Source: Epiperipatus broadwayi
Lineage: Eukaryota; Animalia; Onychophora
Length of the DNA stretch: 64,000 nt
Assembly (NCBI GenBank): GCA_028023455.1
Contig: JAQFVV010000005.1
Location: forward strand, 12,090,001 to 12,154,000
Direction: 5' to 3'
The notes under the pieces were generated by a model. That model did not search any database. It had not been told where the DNA came from and saw nothing but the letters and a program-made list of their open reading frames with translations. The position numbers and the translations under genes were made by a program. Positions 14,200 to 26,630 of the stretch are shown here, in pieces (positions within the stretch are counted from its first letter, which is position 1; every line of letters begins with the position of its first letter).

Positions 14200-15095
14200 A
14201 TTGCTTTAATGCAAATATTTTTCTTTATTATGTACAACAAAATACTAAAAGTCATGCATATAAAATAAATTTTATGTGTTTTTAAAATGTTAAAAACAAG
14301 TGTAAAGATAAAATGTATTACTATTTTTTTATTTAAAATAATATTACGATTTTAAATATAAGAAATATTGCTATAGAAACCAGTCACAAAGAACTGGAGA
14401 AAAAATAAAAATGTTGCTATGGGAACCAATAGAAGCTTTTTAAAGTTGTCTGCTTTCCAAGAAACCGTGGGAGAAATTATAACACACTTCATCCATGTGT
14501 CTTGTATTAGATAGAAATCAATAAAATTTTGTACTGATTTTTATGTTTATATCATGCGTTTTATGGAGTAGAGAACCTTCCAGGGCCCTGATCTTTCCAG
14601 GATTATAGCTAAGTATGGAGCTATATGGAAAAAAAATGTCTTAAAAATTAATCTTGATTCTGCGATTTATTCATCACTATTGAATGCCGAACAAATATTT
14701 GACAATTACTTGCTATAAAAGAAAAACTAGTCATGTAAAGTGATCATCACATAGAAATGTACTTCTATAATCTGCAAATCTACCTATTTTAAATGTTCAG
14801 GAGAAAATTGCAATGGAAACTCATAGGAAAACTGCTTCAGAATAAACCAAAAGCTAAAATATTATATTGCCAACAGACATTAAAACTTAATGGTTAGTGA
14901 CCATATTCCTACATTTACAGATACAAAATATGTGAGAGTCCACAAAGACTTTAAAGTAAATCAATTGAACTTTCTATAGCTATCCTCAAAGAGATTGTAA
15001 GTTACAATGATTTTTCCCTCTCATGCATGATTGCCATATAATTTTCTTAATTGTAAATATGTAAATACATTTTTTTATTATCATTACTATTATTA
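14200..15095. repeat. Direct repeat copy 1 (~900 bp) of a local duplication
   Basis: Colinear with ~16195-17095; e.g. gctatcctcaaagagattgtaagttacaatg occurs at ~14979 and 16981. Confidence 0.85.
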
Positions 15096-15215
15096 TTTTT
15101 TAAATTCAAGTTATTGTTAATAATTTTATTGTTATTTTTCATCCAAACCAAGCTGATTATTTATTTTGTTAATGTAATAAATTAGTAGGTGGAGAGGAGT
15201 AACAATCAGGAAATA

Positions 15216-15950
15216 CACAGGCAGTCCCCTACCTAGTTATGAACACTCGAGTTATAAACATTTTGCTATTACGTAATTGCTTTTAGACTTTAGATCTTTA
15301 TCTACGACTTTAGATCTTTATCTATGCACATACTTTCATGTATAAAGTGCTATATGCTGTAGAAAGAAATGGATATTCACAATTGTACAGTATTTTAGTA
15401 CTTTAATAATTAAAAAAATTCCTTTTAGTAATTAATGCTACAAATTTACAGTATCTGATAATAAAAAAAACTATTTACATACATTCGTATTTGAATTTTT
15501 TCTAAAGAAAAATAAACTTTAAAATTTAGAAAATAATTAAAAGTATATTTTAGAGAACAGTAAGAACTTAGTCTTCCCATCTCTCTCACATTAATTACTT
15601 TTATTTTTAGCATTGTCACAGACTCTCTTGAATATGATCATTTTGATTAGTGCTTGTTTTTAAAAGTAGTTAGTGCGTGATTATATTACATATACACTGC
15701 ATATATTTATGTTTTGGAGAATTTTTTTTCATTCTTATTAATTAAAAACATGAGTGAGAAACAAAAAAACAGCAGTGTTGATACAACCAAAAAGAAATCA
15801 AGGTCTCGTAAACCCCAAATAGTTGAGACAAAAATGAATATAATTAGACGTTCTGAAAATGGTGAATCTTTTGCTTCAATCGCACGTTCATGTAATTTAA
15901 ACTGATCAACAATATACACAATTGTGAAAAACAAAATTAAGGAATATGTT
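15216..15950 (+). mobile_element. Tigger/pogo (Tc1-mariner superfamily) remnant with N-terminal HTH of the transposase
   Basis: caggcagtcccc terminus near a TA at 15214. MSEKQKNSSVDTTKKKSRSRKPQIVETKMNIIRRSENGESFASIARSCNLN*STIYTIVKNK matches the CENP-B/psq-type HTH of Tigger transposases; stop at 15903-15905. Confidence 0.75.
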
Positions 15951-16194
15951 AAAAATTTCTTTTATATGAATACCAATATATGGATTTGTAAGAATGACAT
16001 TATTTGTTATGTTCAGACCAAGCTTTTAAGTCCATTTCCAAAGAAGTACGACTAAGCGTGACATTATTGGAAGATTGAAAGAAATTGCCTTTTTATGTAG
16101 AAATAAAATTGAGTGATATTTATGGCTCAATCAACTCTATTTTATTCCTAAATGGAGGAGGGGCAAATGTAACCCTCACATCTGAGTTTGCAGG

Positions 16195-17095
16195 TGTTGC
16201 TTTAATATGAATATTTTTTGTTACTATGTATAACAAAATACCAAAGGTCATATATATATATAATAAATTTTACATATGTTTTTAAAATGTTAAAAATAAG
16301 CGTAAAGATAAAATGTATTATTTTTTAATTTTAAAATAATATTTTGATTTTAAATTTAAAAAAACATTGCTGTAGAAAACAGTTGCAAATGAAAAAATTA
16401 AAATGTTGCTACAGGAACCAGAAGCTTTCTGAAGTCATCTGCTTTCCAAGAAATCTTGGGAAGAATTGTAACACACTTTGTCAATGTGTCTTGCATTAGA
16501 TCGAAGTCAATAAAATTTTGTAAAGATTTTTAAGTTTATATCATGTGTTTTATGGTGTAGAGAACCCTCCAAGATGCTTTACCTGATCTTTCCAGGATTG
16601 TAGCTAAGTATGGAGCTGTAGAAAAAAAATGCTTTAAAAATTAACCTTCATTTTGCCGATCCATTCATCCCTATTGAATGCTGATAAAATATTTGACAGT
16701 TACTTGCCATAAAAAGAAAACTAATCATGTAAAGTGATTATCACATAAAAATATACTTCTATAAATTTATCTGCGAATCTACCTATTTTAAATGCTCAGG
16801 AGAAAATTGCAATGGAAACTTTCATAAAAAAATTGCCTCAGAATAAACCAAAAGAAACTAAAATGTTACATTGCCAGCAGACATTAAAATTTAATAGTTA
16901 ATGGTATTCCCACATTTTCAGATACAAAATATTGCATGAGCTCACAAAGACATTAAAGTAAATCAACTGAACTTTTTTTAGCTATCCTCAAAGAGATTGT
17001 AAGTTACAATGATTTTTCCCTCTTGCACGTGATCGCCATATAATTTTCTTAATTGTAAATACATTTTTTTTATTATCATTACTATTATCATTTTC
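16195..17095. repeat. Direct repeat copy 2 (~900 bp)
   Basis: See 14200-15095; offset is about 2.0 kb. Confidence 0.85.
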
Positions 17096-18820
17096 TTATA
17101 AATTGCATTCAGTCAAATTCCTCTAGAAAAAAATTGAATTTGCCAAATATTGTACTTTTTAAAATTATTTTATTGCTAACTGGATTTATTATCAATTGAT
17201 AAAAAGGGCGTTTACCCATACATTATATATATATCCCAGAAGCTGCCATATGGAAATAGAAACTAAATACATCTTTATTTGCCAAATATTCCTTATAAAT
17301 AACTAGTTATTTATTTATCTAATGCTGTGTTTTTTTCCTAATGACTGTTAGAAATATTCATTGCAAAACTAAAAAAATATTCTCTATGTATTAGTCAACT
17401 CTTTCTACATACCCATCTCTTTCCCATTCATGACAAACACATCCAAGATATCTGCTGTTATGTGAATAATTGCATTTTGAAAATGTTCACTTAAATGATC
17501 TCTGTTTCTAATCTTTTCATTATACACCACAGTTTTTAAATTGCTTCACAAATAAAAATTGAATGGGGAAAAATATTTAGGCCATTCCATAAGTTCTCTG
17601 CATAATGACTTATGGGATATTCTGTATATACATTGAAACTTGTTTTTCTTTTGTTATTTATTTCCAATATATATTTTGGTCTCTATTCATAGATCATTTT
17701 CAAGATTTTTTAAACATACACATACGTATATAAGATATAAATTAAAAGTATAAAAACATTAAAATTTTCACCATTATTCCTATATATAGTAAGCAATACA
17801 AAATGTTAAATTTTTTTATCATTATTTTACGATTTTTGTTATGTAAATGATTTTTTATAGTTATTTTCATTATTATTTATTTATATATAGTGATACATAT
17901 ATAAATTTAAATCATATATTAAATAATTTTATATTTAAAATATCCATTTGATTTTTAAATAGAAATATAATAAATGCAAAAATAATTACCAACTATTCCC
18001 ATCTGCCAAATTATTCAAAATATATTGAATTATTCATTTTTCTTCAAAATTTTAAGAGGCATAAATTTTTCCATTTTCAAATCTATTTAATGTGAATGTA
18101 TTGCATATATATATACAGTGAATACATTTTTATATTTTATTTTTTAAAATCTGTGTATTTTAATTAATTTATAATTTTTAATGATTTAATTGTTTATATA
18201 CTGAATTGAAATGCTAAAGTGAAACTTTATCAATAATTATTATACTTAATTGTATATAGATTTTAATAACAATGATTTTAATTTCATGACTACACAACCA
18301 TAAAAATAATGAATATCAAATTCAATGAATTAATAAGTAAAACAAATAATTTTGATATATCTCTATCTATGTTACAAAAAAAAAAAATACCCTATGGTTA
18401 TTATTTTACTTATCCCAATTTCTTTTTAAAAAGTAAACTTTAAAAATATCCTTGAGATTTTGGATTATTTTAATTTCCATTATATTCTGTAATCCATTAA
18501 TTACCAGCATATTAAATGCTTTATTGTTTAATTGGAAAATGTTTCTATATAATTTATTATATGAATGTAGCTACCAAACCATAGCAATTTTTAATTCACA
18601 TTCATGCAATATTATGGAAATGATGAAATCTGAACTCCCATTTCTATAATGGCATATCCCATCAATGTTTATAATCCTAATATTATCATGTCCAAAATGT
18701 TTTAGTAAACAAAAGTAACATGTTTTTACTTACAGCCTAAATTTTTTATACAGAAATTAAATTATTACAATGATAAATATTAATCGCTATTTCCTATTGC
18801 ATTGCCAAATGTATACCATA

Positions 18821-19045
18821 TAATAATCAATTGATGACACCTTATTACTTTCACAATGCTTTATTATCCACCCTTTCCTTCAATTGCCCCAAAAATCTTC
18901 TTCAGAATCCTTCATTTGATTGTAACAGTGAGATTAGGAGATATAAGGGTTCTGAAGAAGATTACTAGAGCAATCGAAACTGTCAACTGAGGAAAGAGTG
19001 GATAATAAAGCATTGTGAAAGTAATAAGGTGTCAATTGATTATTA
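18821..19045. repeat. Short inverted repeat carrying a degenerate hammerhead-like motif (18947-18988, +)
   Basis: taataatcaattg...ttattactttcacaatgctttattatccac pairs with gtggataataaagcattgtgaaagtaataa...caattgattatta. Motif gtt-CTGAAGA-a-GATT actagagc AATC-GAAA-ctg-TC-aac. Confidence 0.7.
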
Positions 19046-19104
19046 AATGATAAATATTGTTTGTATTTATTTAATAATATGATTTAATAATATTATTTAT
19101 TTAA

Positions 19105-20590
19105 TAATGGATGATTATGAAGATAAATATTTTTGTCTTACAAAATATAAACCTGTTTTTTTGGGTTAGAGATGTGGTTGATTATTTTTTAGTGTTCAAT
19201 GGCAATTATAAAAAATCTGAATATTTTATAAGGTCTGTTAATTCTATTGATGATAATATTACTTTTACTATGGTAAAAGAAAAAAAATAATGTAATTACT
19301 TATATGGATGTTATAATAAAAAAAGTTATAAGGAATTGTAAGGTTACTATTGAAACAAGTGTATTCAGAAAATAAACTTTTTATGGTTTGTTAAGTTGTT
19401 GGGATTCAGATATAGAATATGAACATAAAATTAATATTATTAATAATAGGATAAATGTAGCAATTAATTTATGTTCTGAAGAAAAATTATTTATAAAAAA
19501 AATTAATAATATAAAAGAGGAAGGTATCAAAAATAATTATCCAGTTAAAGTTATTGATAAATTATGTAATAAAAAAAATATTAAAGGAATAATAAAGAAG
19601 AGAAACAATAGGAAAGATATAAATAATTTTATATATAATAGTTATAATGTTTCTAGAGATACTTTTATGAAGATTAAAAAGATTATAAAAAGTATAAATA
19701 ATAAATACAAAGAGGAAAGTAGGTTAATTATTAAACCAGTAAATAAAAAGAAATTGAATTTAGGAAATTTAATTAATGAAAAAAATGAATGGAATTTCTT
19801 TAATTGAATGTTTAAATTGTAAGAGGGAAAAAAGATTTCATATATTGGTACAACAAAAAATACATTAAAACTAGACTTAGACAACATTTATATGATAAAA
19901 ATTCAAATGTTTACATACATTGTAAAGTTTTAGGGCATAAAGAATTTAATATTAAAATGTTGGAAAGGGTTAAAAATTACAGGGAAAGGATGGTAAAATA
20001 ATATTTTTACATAAAAAATATAATCCTATTTTAAATAGAATTAATGGAGTAGATAAGAAATGTAAAATAATGTATAATTAAAAATGGAATGTTTAAATGG
20101 ATTAAGTAAATTGTTAAAATAAAAAAGATGTGTATATTTGTTTTATATATATTTAAAGCTATAGATTAGGAATGTGGTTTTGAGACGGGTTTTTAGATAA
20201 GATTTAAAAAGAGGGGAGTCATTTGAAATTAGGGTTGGTTTTAAATTTGTATAAAAAGTTTCTTGGATGATTTTAAGATTTGTAATTAAATAATGTAAAA
20301 GGAAGTGTAATAAAAAGTAGAGGAGAGAGATGTAAGTAAAATATAATTATGTATGATTAATGTTTGTTATTGTTTATGTTAATATAAGATGAAAGTTTTA
20401 TGTAATTGAGTTTTTATTTATGAATATGTATTTCATGTTGTTGTTGCAGATCCTTGAAAATGGCCGTAAGAATATAAAACAGTTGAAATGTTGGAGTTTG
20501 TATTATATAAATATATGTTCAGTATTGATATAAAAAAATAGTTTTTGAAAAGAAAAAGAATTTTTTTAATTTGTTGAAATTATTGGAGAA
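19105..20590 (+). mobile_element. Decayed Penelope-like retroelement (RT C-terminal half, GIY-YIG endonuclease, 3' pLTR end)
   Basis: FWVRDVVDYF (RYVDD-like), NSIDDNITFT...ETSVFRK, WDSDIEYEHK...LCSEEK...KNNYP, then C..C..YIGTT..LKTRLRQH...H..LGH...PILNR. Multiple stops and frameshifts. Confidence 0.85.
20451..20495 (+). ncRNA. Atypical-core hammerhead-like motif at the Penelope 3' end
   Basis: tcc-TTGAAAA-tggccgt...acagtt-GAAA-tg-TT-gga: stem I tcc/gga, core has C3U and G8A changes. The partial copy at 25833-25868 keeps the AACGTT palindrome. Confidence 0.45.
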
Positions 20591-22869
20591 CATATATATT
20601 TTAAAAGAAAAAATGATTGTACATTTGTTGTGTTATAATATATGATAAATATTAGTAAATTTGTATTTATTGTAAATAAATTATAATAAATAATAAAAAT
20701 CATGTACAATATCTGTATAAATATATATTAATAATAATTATATATAAAAAGCCTTTTTCAACACATGGTTTTATATCCTTTTCAAATGTTAATCATCTAT
20801 TTTAACATTAACCACTTATTGTAAATAGAAGACTATATAGTGTTCTATAATGCTAGTAAAATAACAACAATAACAAAATAAAACATCAGTAAAACAGAAT
20901 AAAACTTTCATATATAGATTCACTATAACTTCAAAGAATTGATTATATAACATAACAATATACAGAATAATATATACATTATATAACTTTATATATATTA
21001 TCTTATATAATTTTCCATTCATTTTTAATTGATCAATTGTTAACTAAATTTATTGAAGTTTTGTAAATATTCATACAATGATTTAAGTTATGTTTAATGT
21101 AATATGTTTCATATATCTGAATTCTCTTTGGATCTTTAATGCAATATAAAGTTTCAATAAATTTAGTTTACAACTGGTCAATTAAAAATTAATGGAAAAT
21201 TATATAAGATAATATATACAAAGTTATATCATATACATATTATTTATTCTGTACATTGTTGTTATATAGTCAATTCTTTGAAATTATATTGGAGTTATAT
21301 GAAGGTTTTATTGATGTTTTATTTTGTTAGTTATTTTATTTCCATTATAGACAACTAGATGTGCTATCTGCAATAATTAGTAAATGTTAAAATAGATGAT
21401 TAACATTTGAAAAGAGCAAGAAACCATGTGCCGAAAAAGACTTTTTATATATAATTAGTATTAATATATATATTTACATATCTGTTGTATATGATTTTTA
21501 TTATTTATTATAATTTATCTAAAAGAATAGCATAATGGATTCCATTATTTCCAGTTTTGATGTTATTGTAAATAAAATATTTTTTTCCCCTTCTTTTTTC
21601 ATACTATTAAATTTATTTATAATTCAGTTCCAAATGCTATAAAAATAATAGTATAATGGAAAAGGCTTAAAATTTTTCCTTTAAACATACATTACAATTC
21701 ATTATACAACTATTAGACACTTGTATATACGTACGCATTTATGCATTAATATAAATAGCAAACTACTATATTTCTTATTAAAACAGGTAAAACTCTCTAT
21801 ATGTATTGCCACTCATGTGATGTTTATTTACTATATTTCTTATTATCAAAAAAATAAAAAAAAATACCCCTATAAAAATATTAACTTAACCTCTACTTAT
21901 ATATTATTTTTAAATAGCAAATTTATTTCTCCTATTCTGATTCAGTTATACTTGAGTAATCGTCTACTGGTTATTCTAGCTTACATAAATTTCTACTTAT
22001 AAGAATAATCTAGCTTTGTGGAAATTAAATATATACTAAGAAAACTATAGATCAAATTGCTCTATAAAATTGTAAAGAGCTGAAATTTACTTTGCAAAAA
22101 CAAATAATTAAAAGTTTCTACACAAATGAGATGTTCTTTAAAAATATCTAAAAGTGGTTATCTTAATATATTTATATGACAAATATTTGAAGTATTTAAT
22201 TTCATAATTTGCTATCTTTAACAAAATAATTCATCATAAAATAAAATCTTGGTTTCCAGGTGGAGATATTTCACATGCTAATGCAAATAGGCCAAGTAAT
22301 AAGTGTTATTCATTCATTCAAAATATGTAATAGTTTATTTTATTCAATTATCAAAAAATAAATCTAAAATAATTTCTAAAAACAATCTCTTTGGAAAGTT
22401 GGCTGGCAATATTTGAGACTGTAGTGCAAACACTCTAAAGATAGTTTCTTTAGCACTTGTATATTGTACATTTGATTATTATGGCCTTGTTGAAGAAAAG
22501 ACATTCACATTTAACTTCTGAATGCACAAATATTATCATGAGAAATATTACTGACACATTCAAGCTTATTCTTTTGCAGCTGCTTCCTTCAGATATCAGA
22601 AAACCAACTCCTTCATGAAATGCATAAAAAAAATCATAGACTAGATTTACTCCTATTTCAAAATTAATAATTTTACTATTTAAGATAAGTTTTCAAACAA
22701 AAGACTTTTCAAACTTCTGAAGATATGGCATAAGACTCTATATAAATTTCTTTTTCCCAAATCCAAGAATAAAATCAAATAAATTTGATTTTTCTGGACA
22801 TTATTAGATTCCATCATAAGATTTAGAAAGATTCATGGAATTCAACAACTATTGATTTATTTCATTATC

Positions 22870-23590
22870 ATCATCATTTTCAACTATCATCATTCCATTG
22901 CAAGATAATCTTTCCAAGTTTAATCTACAGCCTCTTTTTATATCATTCCAGAAAACGTATTTATCACATTTATCCATCTTTTTTTTGAATGATTTACAAT
23001 CTCTTGGGATCAAATTTAACACTTCAATTATCTAACTATTGCTTACTCTTCTAGTAATATATCCAGCCCAGTCTTATATCAACCTCTTAATTCCTTTTTC
23101 TTCAACTATGCATTTCACTTTTGATTGCTTACAATTCCCAATACAGACAATACCATATTCCATTGCATGGTGTGAAATCTTTTTAATAACCTCTACAATT
23201 AAGTGTTCAATTATCAGATAAAATATATTTATGAAAAACCAATCGCAATAAACAGATATTTTTACTTTTAATATTAGACTATTTCTACCAAAATAATTTC
23301 ATCCAAATTTAATTCTATAATTAACTTCATTCAGTATGTTTATATTTGTATTGATAATCTAAATTATTTTTTAACTTCCTTTAATACTATTTATTTTTCA
23401 TCCTTTTTTTAAAAAAAGCCATCAGATATTACATTAGTCTTTTTAGCATTAATCTTCATTTCTATTTTCTTGCTTTTATCTTTTAGTTCTTATATTTTCT
23501 GAAGCTCAGAAATATTACTTGCAAAACCATATCATTTGCAAAATCAAGATGACTTAAATAATCTCCATGTATTTTTCTTCCCCCTTAGCT
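22870..23590 (-). mobile_element. Decayed RTE-clade LINE 3' portion
   Basis: Minus strand LDFANDMVL...ELQKI*ELKDKSKKIEMKINAKKTNVI and WAGYITRR; (GAT)n-type tail. Similar to 46940-47217. Confidence 0.7.
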
Positions 23591-23639
23591 TCCTATTTTA
23601 ATCTACAAAATACTTCTAAACTTACAAAGTTTCAATCAA

Positions 23640-24030
23640 GAACAACCGTGAATTAGTCTGTAAATGATTACCCAATGTACGCTTACAATGGAATTAATAA
23701 AGCTTCTAATGAATCTAAATCTTTCATGATTGAAATCTTTAAATTCCTATATAATATTTGAATAATTAACTGTCCAGTTAATTTAATTTATTAGATCCAT
23801 AAAGTTATCGAAAAAATAAAGTCAATGTTAATAAATCTACAACTATTTAGGTAGCAATTTAAATATTTAGCCGCGAAATTCGGAACAATAAAATAATAAA
23901 TATAGACAGAAAACATTTAAATGTTATTATATTATCATGCAAAATGAAAACTTTTATATAAAACATCCTCAAAAATACATTTCTTGACTAAGAAATATAA
24001 ACCTTTTCTTAGTATTCATCTTAGTAATCA
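23640..24030 (-). promoter_or_regulatory. Candidate promoter/first exon region for ZNF-A
   Basis: CpG-containing stretch bordering a long CpG-poor region that runs to ZNF-A; minus-strand donor GTAAGC at 23686-23681. Link to ZNF-A is inferred only. Confidence 0.3.
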
Positions 24031-24543
24031 GCGGCCATTGAAAATAATATATATATATACTAGGGCTTTGAAATACTGTAATAATGTTTGCATACAACTT
24101 TATTTCATTATTTTTGACCAATTATAAAATTAATATGAGTTGCGACATGAAATCACATTCACGTGATTAATAATATTATTGATGGGAAAAATACAATAAA
24201 AGTTCAATTTAAATAAGTTTGCTTTCCAATAAAAACGTTACATAATATTAAACGAAATAAGTTTCAAGAAGAAAAAAATAAACACTTTAAGTATTTATAA
24301 AGTACAAATGGAAAATGAACCAAAAATATATACTTAAATTCAAGCAACAAAATCTCACCTAAAATATGTTTTCCCCCTATGCAATACATATGATGACAAT
24401 AACATTAAGAATTGCTGCACATTTCTTTTAAAAAAATTTTCACTAGAGGTCGCAATATCCGCGTCAAAAGTGAAAGGGGAATTTGAATGTTTATTATTTA
24501 GTGTTAAAATAGAACAATTGGATGAAAGACAAAATTATGCACA

Positions 24544-25415
24544 CAAATGTTTCCCAATCTTCGGACCGCGCCAGACCGTATTTTTTTTTACCGGTCCGCT
24601 GCATTCATGCAAACAACCGAATCATGTCAATCAAATTTGTATGCATAATCAATCGGCAAGATATAAAATTTGTTGACAAACATTTTACAATATTGCAGCA
24701 AAATCTTGAACAATATTATCCAGAAAGTGAAGATCCCAGGAAATTCAAAATGTGGATATCAATTCCATTTTTAAAAAATCTGACTCGAACCAATCTTACT
24801 CTGCATGAAAAAGGAACTTTTATTGAACTATTTTCCGGTATTACTCAGGAATCCAAATTTAAGAAAACTACTTTGATCAAATTTTGAATATCTATAAATA
24901 ATAAATATTCAGAGTTTATGCAAGTAAGCTTTAAAATTACTATTAAGTTTTTCTACAACCTATTTATGCGAAAAGACGTTTTCATCATCAACGTTTGTAA
25001 AAAACGAAATATAGAAATCGCTTGAATTCGTCTTTCTGAAACAATCTTCAGCCACGAATCGCAAAAATAATAATTTGAAAGGCAAAAGCAAATTTCACAT
25101 TGAAAATTAAATATCAATTAATTTTTTTGTGAATCTATCTCGTATTTATTTGTTAATATTCCATACATTTGTTGTTTGTAATGTTTTGATAATTTTTTTT
25201 GTAATCAATAAAAAACAAAAATCAGACATGATCATTTTTGTGAATTATTTTATTTCTTGTTAATGTGTTATTTGTTTTACTAATTTTTTATGTATTTATT
25301 TCATTTGATTTTTTTATTTGTTTGTAATCGATACAATAAAAAATATATAACTTTTGCGAAACTCCTTATTTTGTAAACTTACCGGTCTGCCAAATAAAAA
25401 GATAGGGAAACTATG
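24544..25415 (+). mobile_element. Non-autonomous hAT (Charlie/Buster-like) internal-deletion derivative
   Basis: Imperfect termini caaatgtttcccaatc and gatagggaaactatg, subterminal accggtc motifs. Transposase C-terminus QYYP...WISIPF...IELF...KF*...FSTTYLCEKTFS...KTKYRNRLN. No 8-bp TSD recognised. Confidence 0.8.
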
Positions 25416-25829
25416 AAATTGTACACACCATACAATGTAGGTAACGGAAACCAGACCACTATCAACAAGATTAATTACGTACGAACTTTTTTTTATATAT
25501 TATTTAAAATAAATCGAAAGTATGTAAAAATAATCCAAAATATAGGAATGATACGAAAATTGATGGTTCAAATTAATTATAGATTGAACAGGAAAACGTA
25601 TGTACAAAGTAACCGGAGAACATTTATTAGAAAAAATGGGATTGAAATAAATTATATATACACCAACTGGAGAATTATTGATTAGATAGAAACATTTGAG
25701 ATTTGTATTTTATTATTTATATTGTTGATACTATTTTTAAACAAATTAGAAAATAAATTATTAAATATGATATATAATATCATATATAATAGCACAGCAA
25801 ACGTACGTCCACTTTTTCTTTTAAAATAT

Positions 25830-25950
25830 ATATGACTGTATGAGATAAAAAACAGTTAAAACGTTGGAGTTTTGTATTATATAAATGTATATATATGTTC
25901 AGTATTGAGATATAAAAATAAAGTTTTTGAAAAGAAAAAGGAGAAGGATT
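25830..25950 (+). repeat. Isolated copy of the Penelope 3' terminal segment
   Basis: acagtt.aaa(c/t)gttggagttt(t)gtattatataaat...gttcagtattga...gtttttgaaaagaaaa matches ~20478-20560. Confidence 0.75.
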
Positions 25951-26630
25951 TTTTATTTGTTGACATATAATATGTGACAAAGAAGAGATAATTATGGTAG
26001 TTAAAATACTATTAAAATTATACAATTAACAAAAATTGTCCGTTCAGTTTTTTTTTCAAAATGATCTTCCATTAGTAAATGCATATATAAACATTTCCCC
26101 CCACTTCTATAAAAATTTGTATTTTATATGAATCATTTTTCTGCAAAAAATTATCTTAAGCTCAACTATATTTTACCATTATTATAGTTTGAAAGAAATT
26201 AAGCATAAATTTTATTAAAGAAACAAATAAATGAAACTTGCAAAATATAGTGAAGTCACAGTATCCTGGTAATTTATTGCATGCTCCTATCATAAGTATT
26301 GTATGTAGTGGATAATGGTTCACGATTTATTTGTTTTTACATCGATACAATATACGTGCGCAATAATTTTATCATACATACTTCAAAAAGATCATTTCAC
26401 AAATGATTATAGAATAAATTGATACAGGATATTTACATATACATTTTCTGTTTGTATGAGTGATTATTCATTCATTCATTCAAAAAATATACTATGTCAT
26501 ATGCTTTTTTAAATAAAATGGACAATGAAATGTCAAGTTTCTTACTAAAAATGTCTTCTTGTTTATGCTTCATCAAAAAATTATCTTTTAATAAAATAAT
26601 TAATCATTTCTAAAATGTGAATAATCATAG

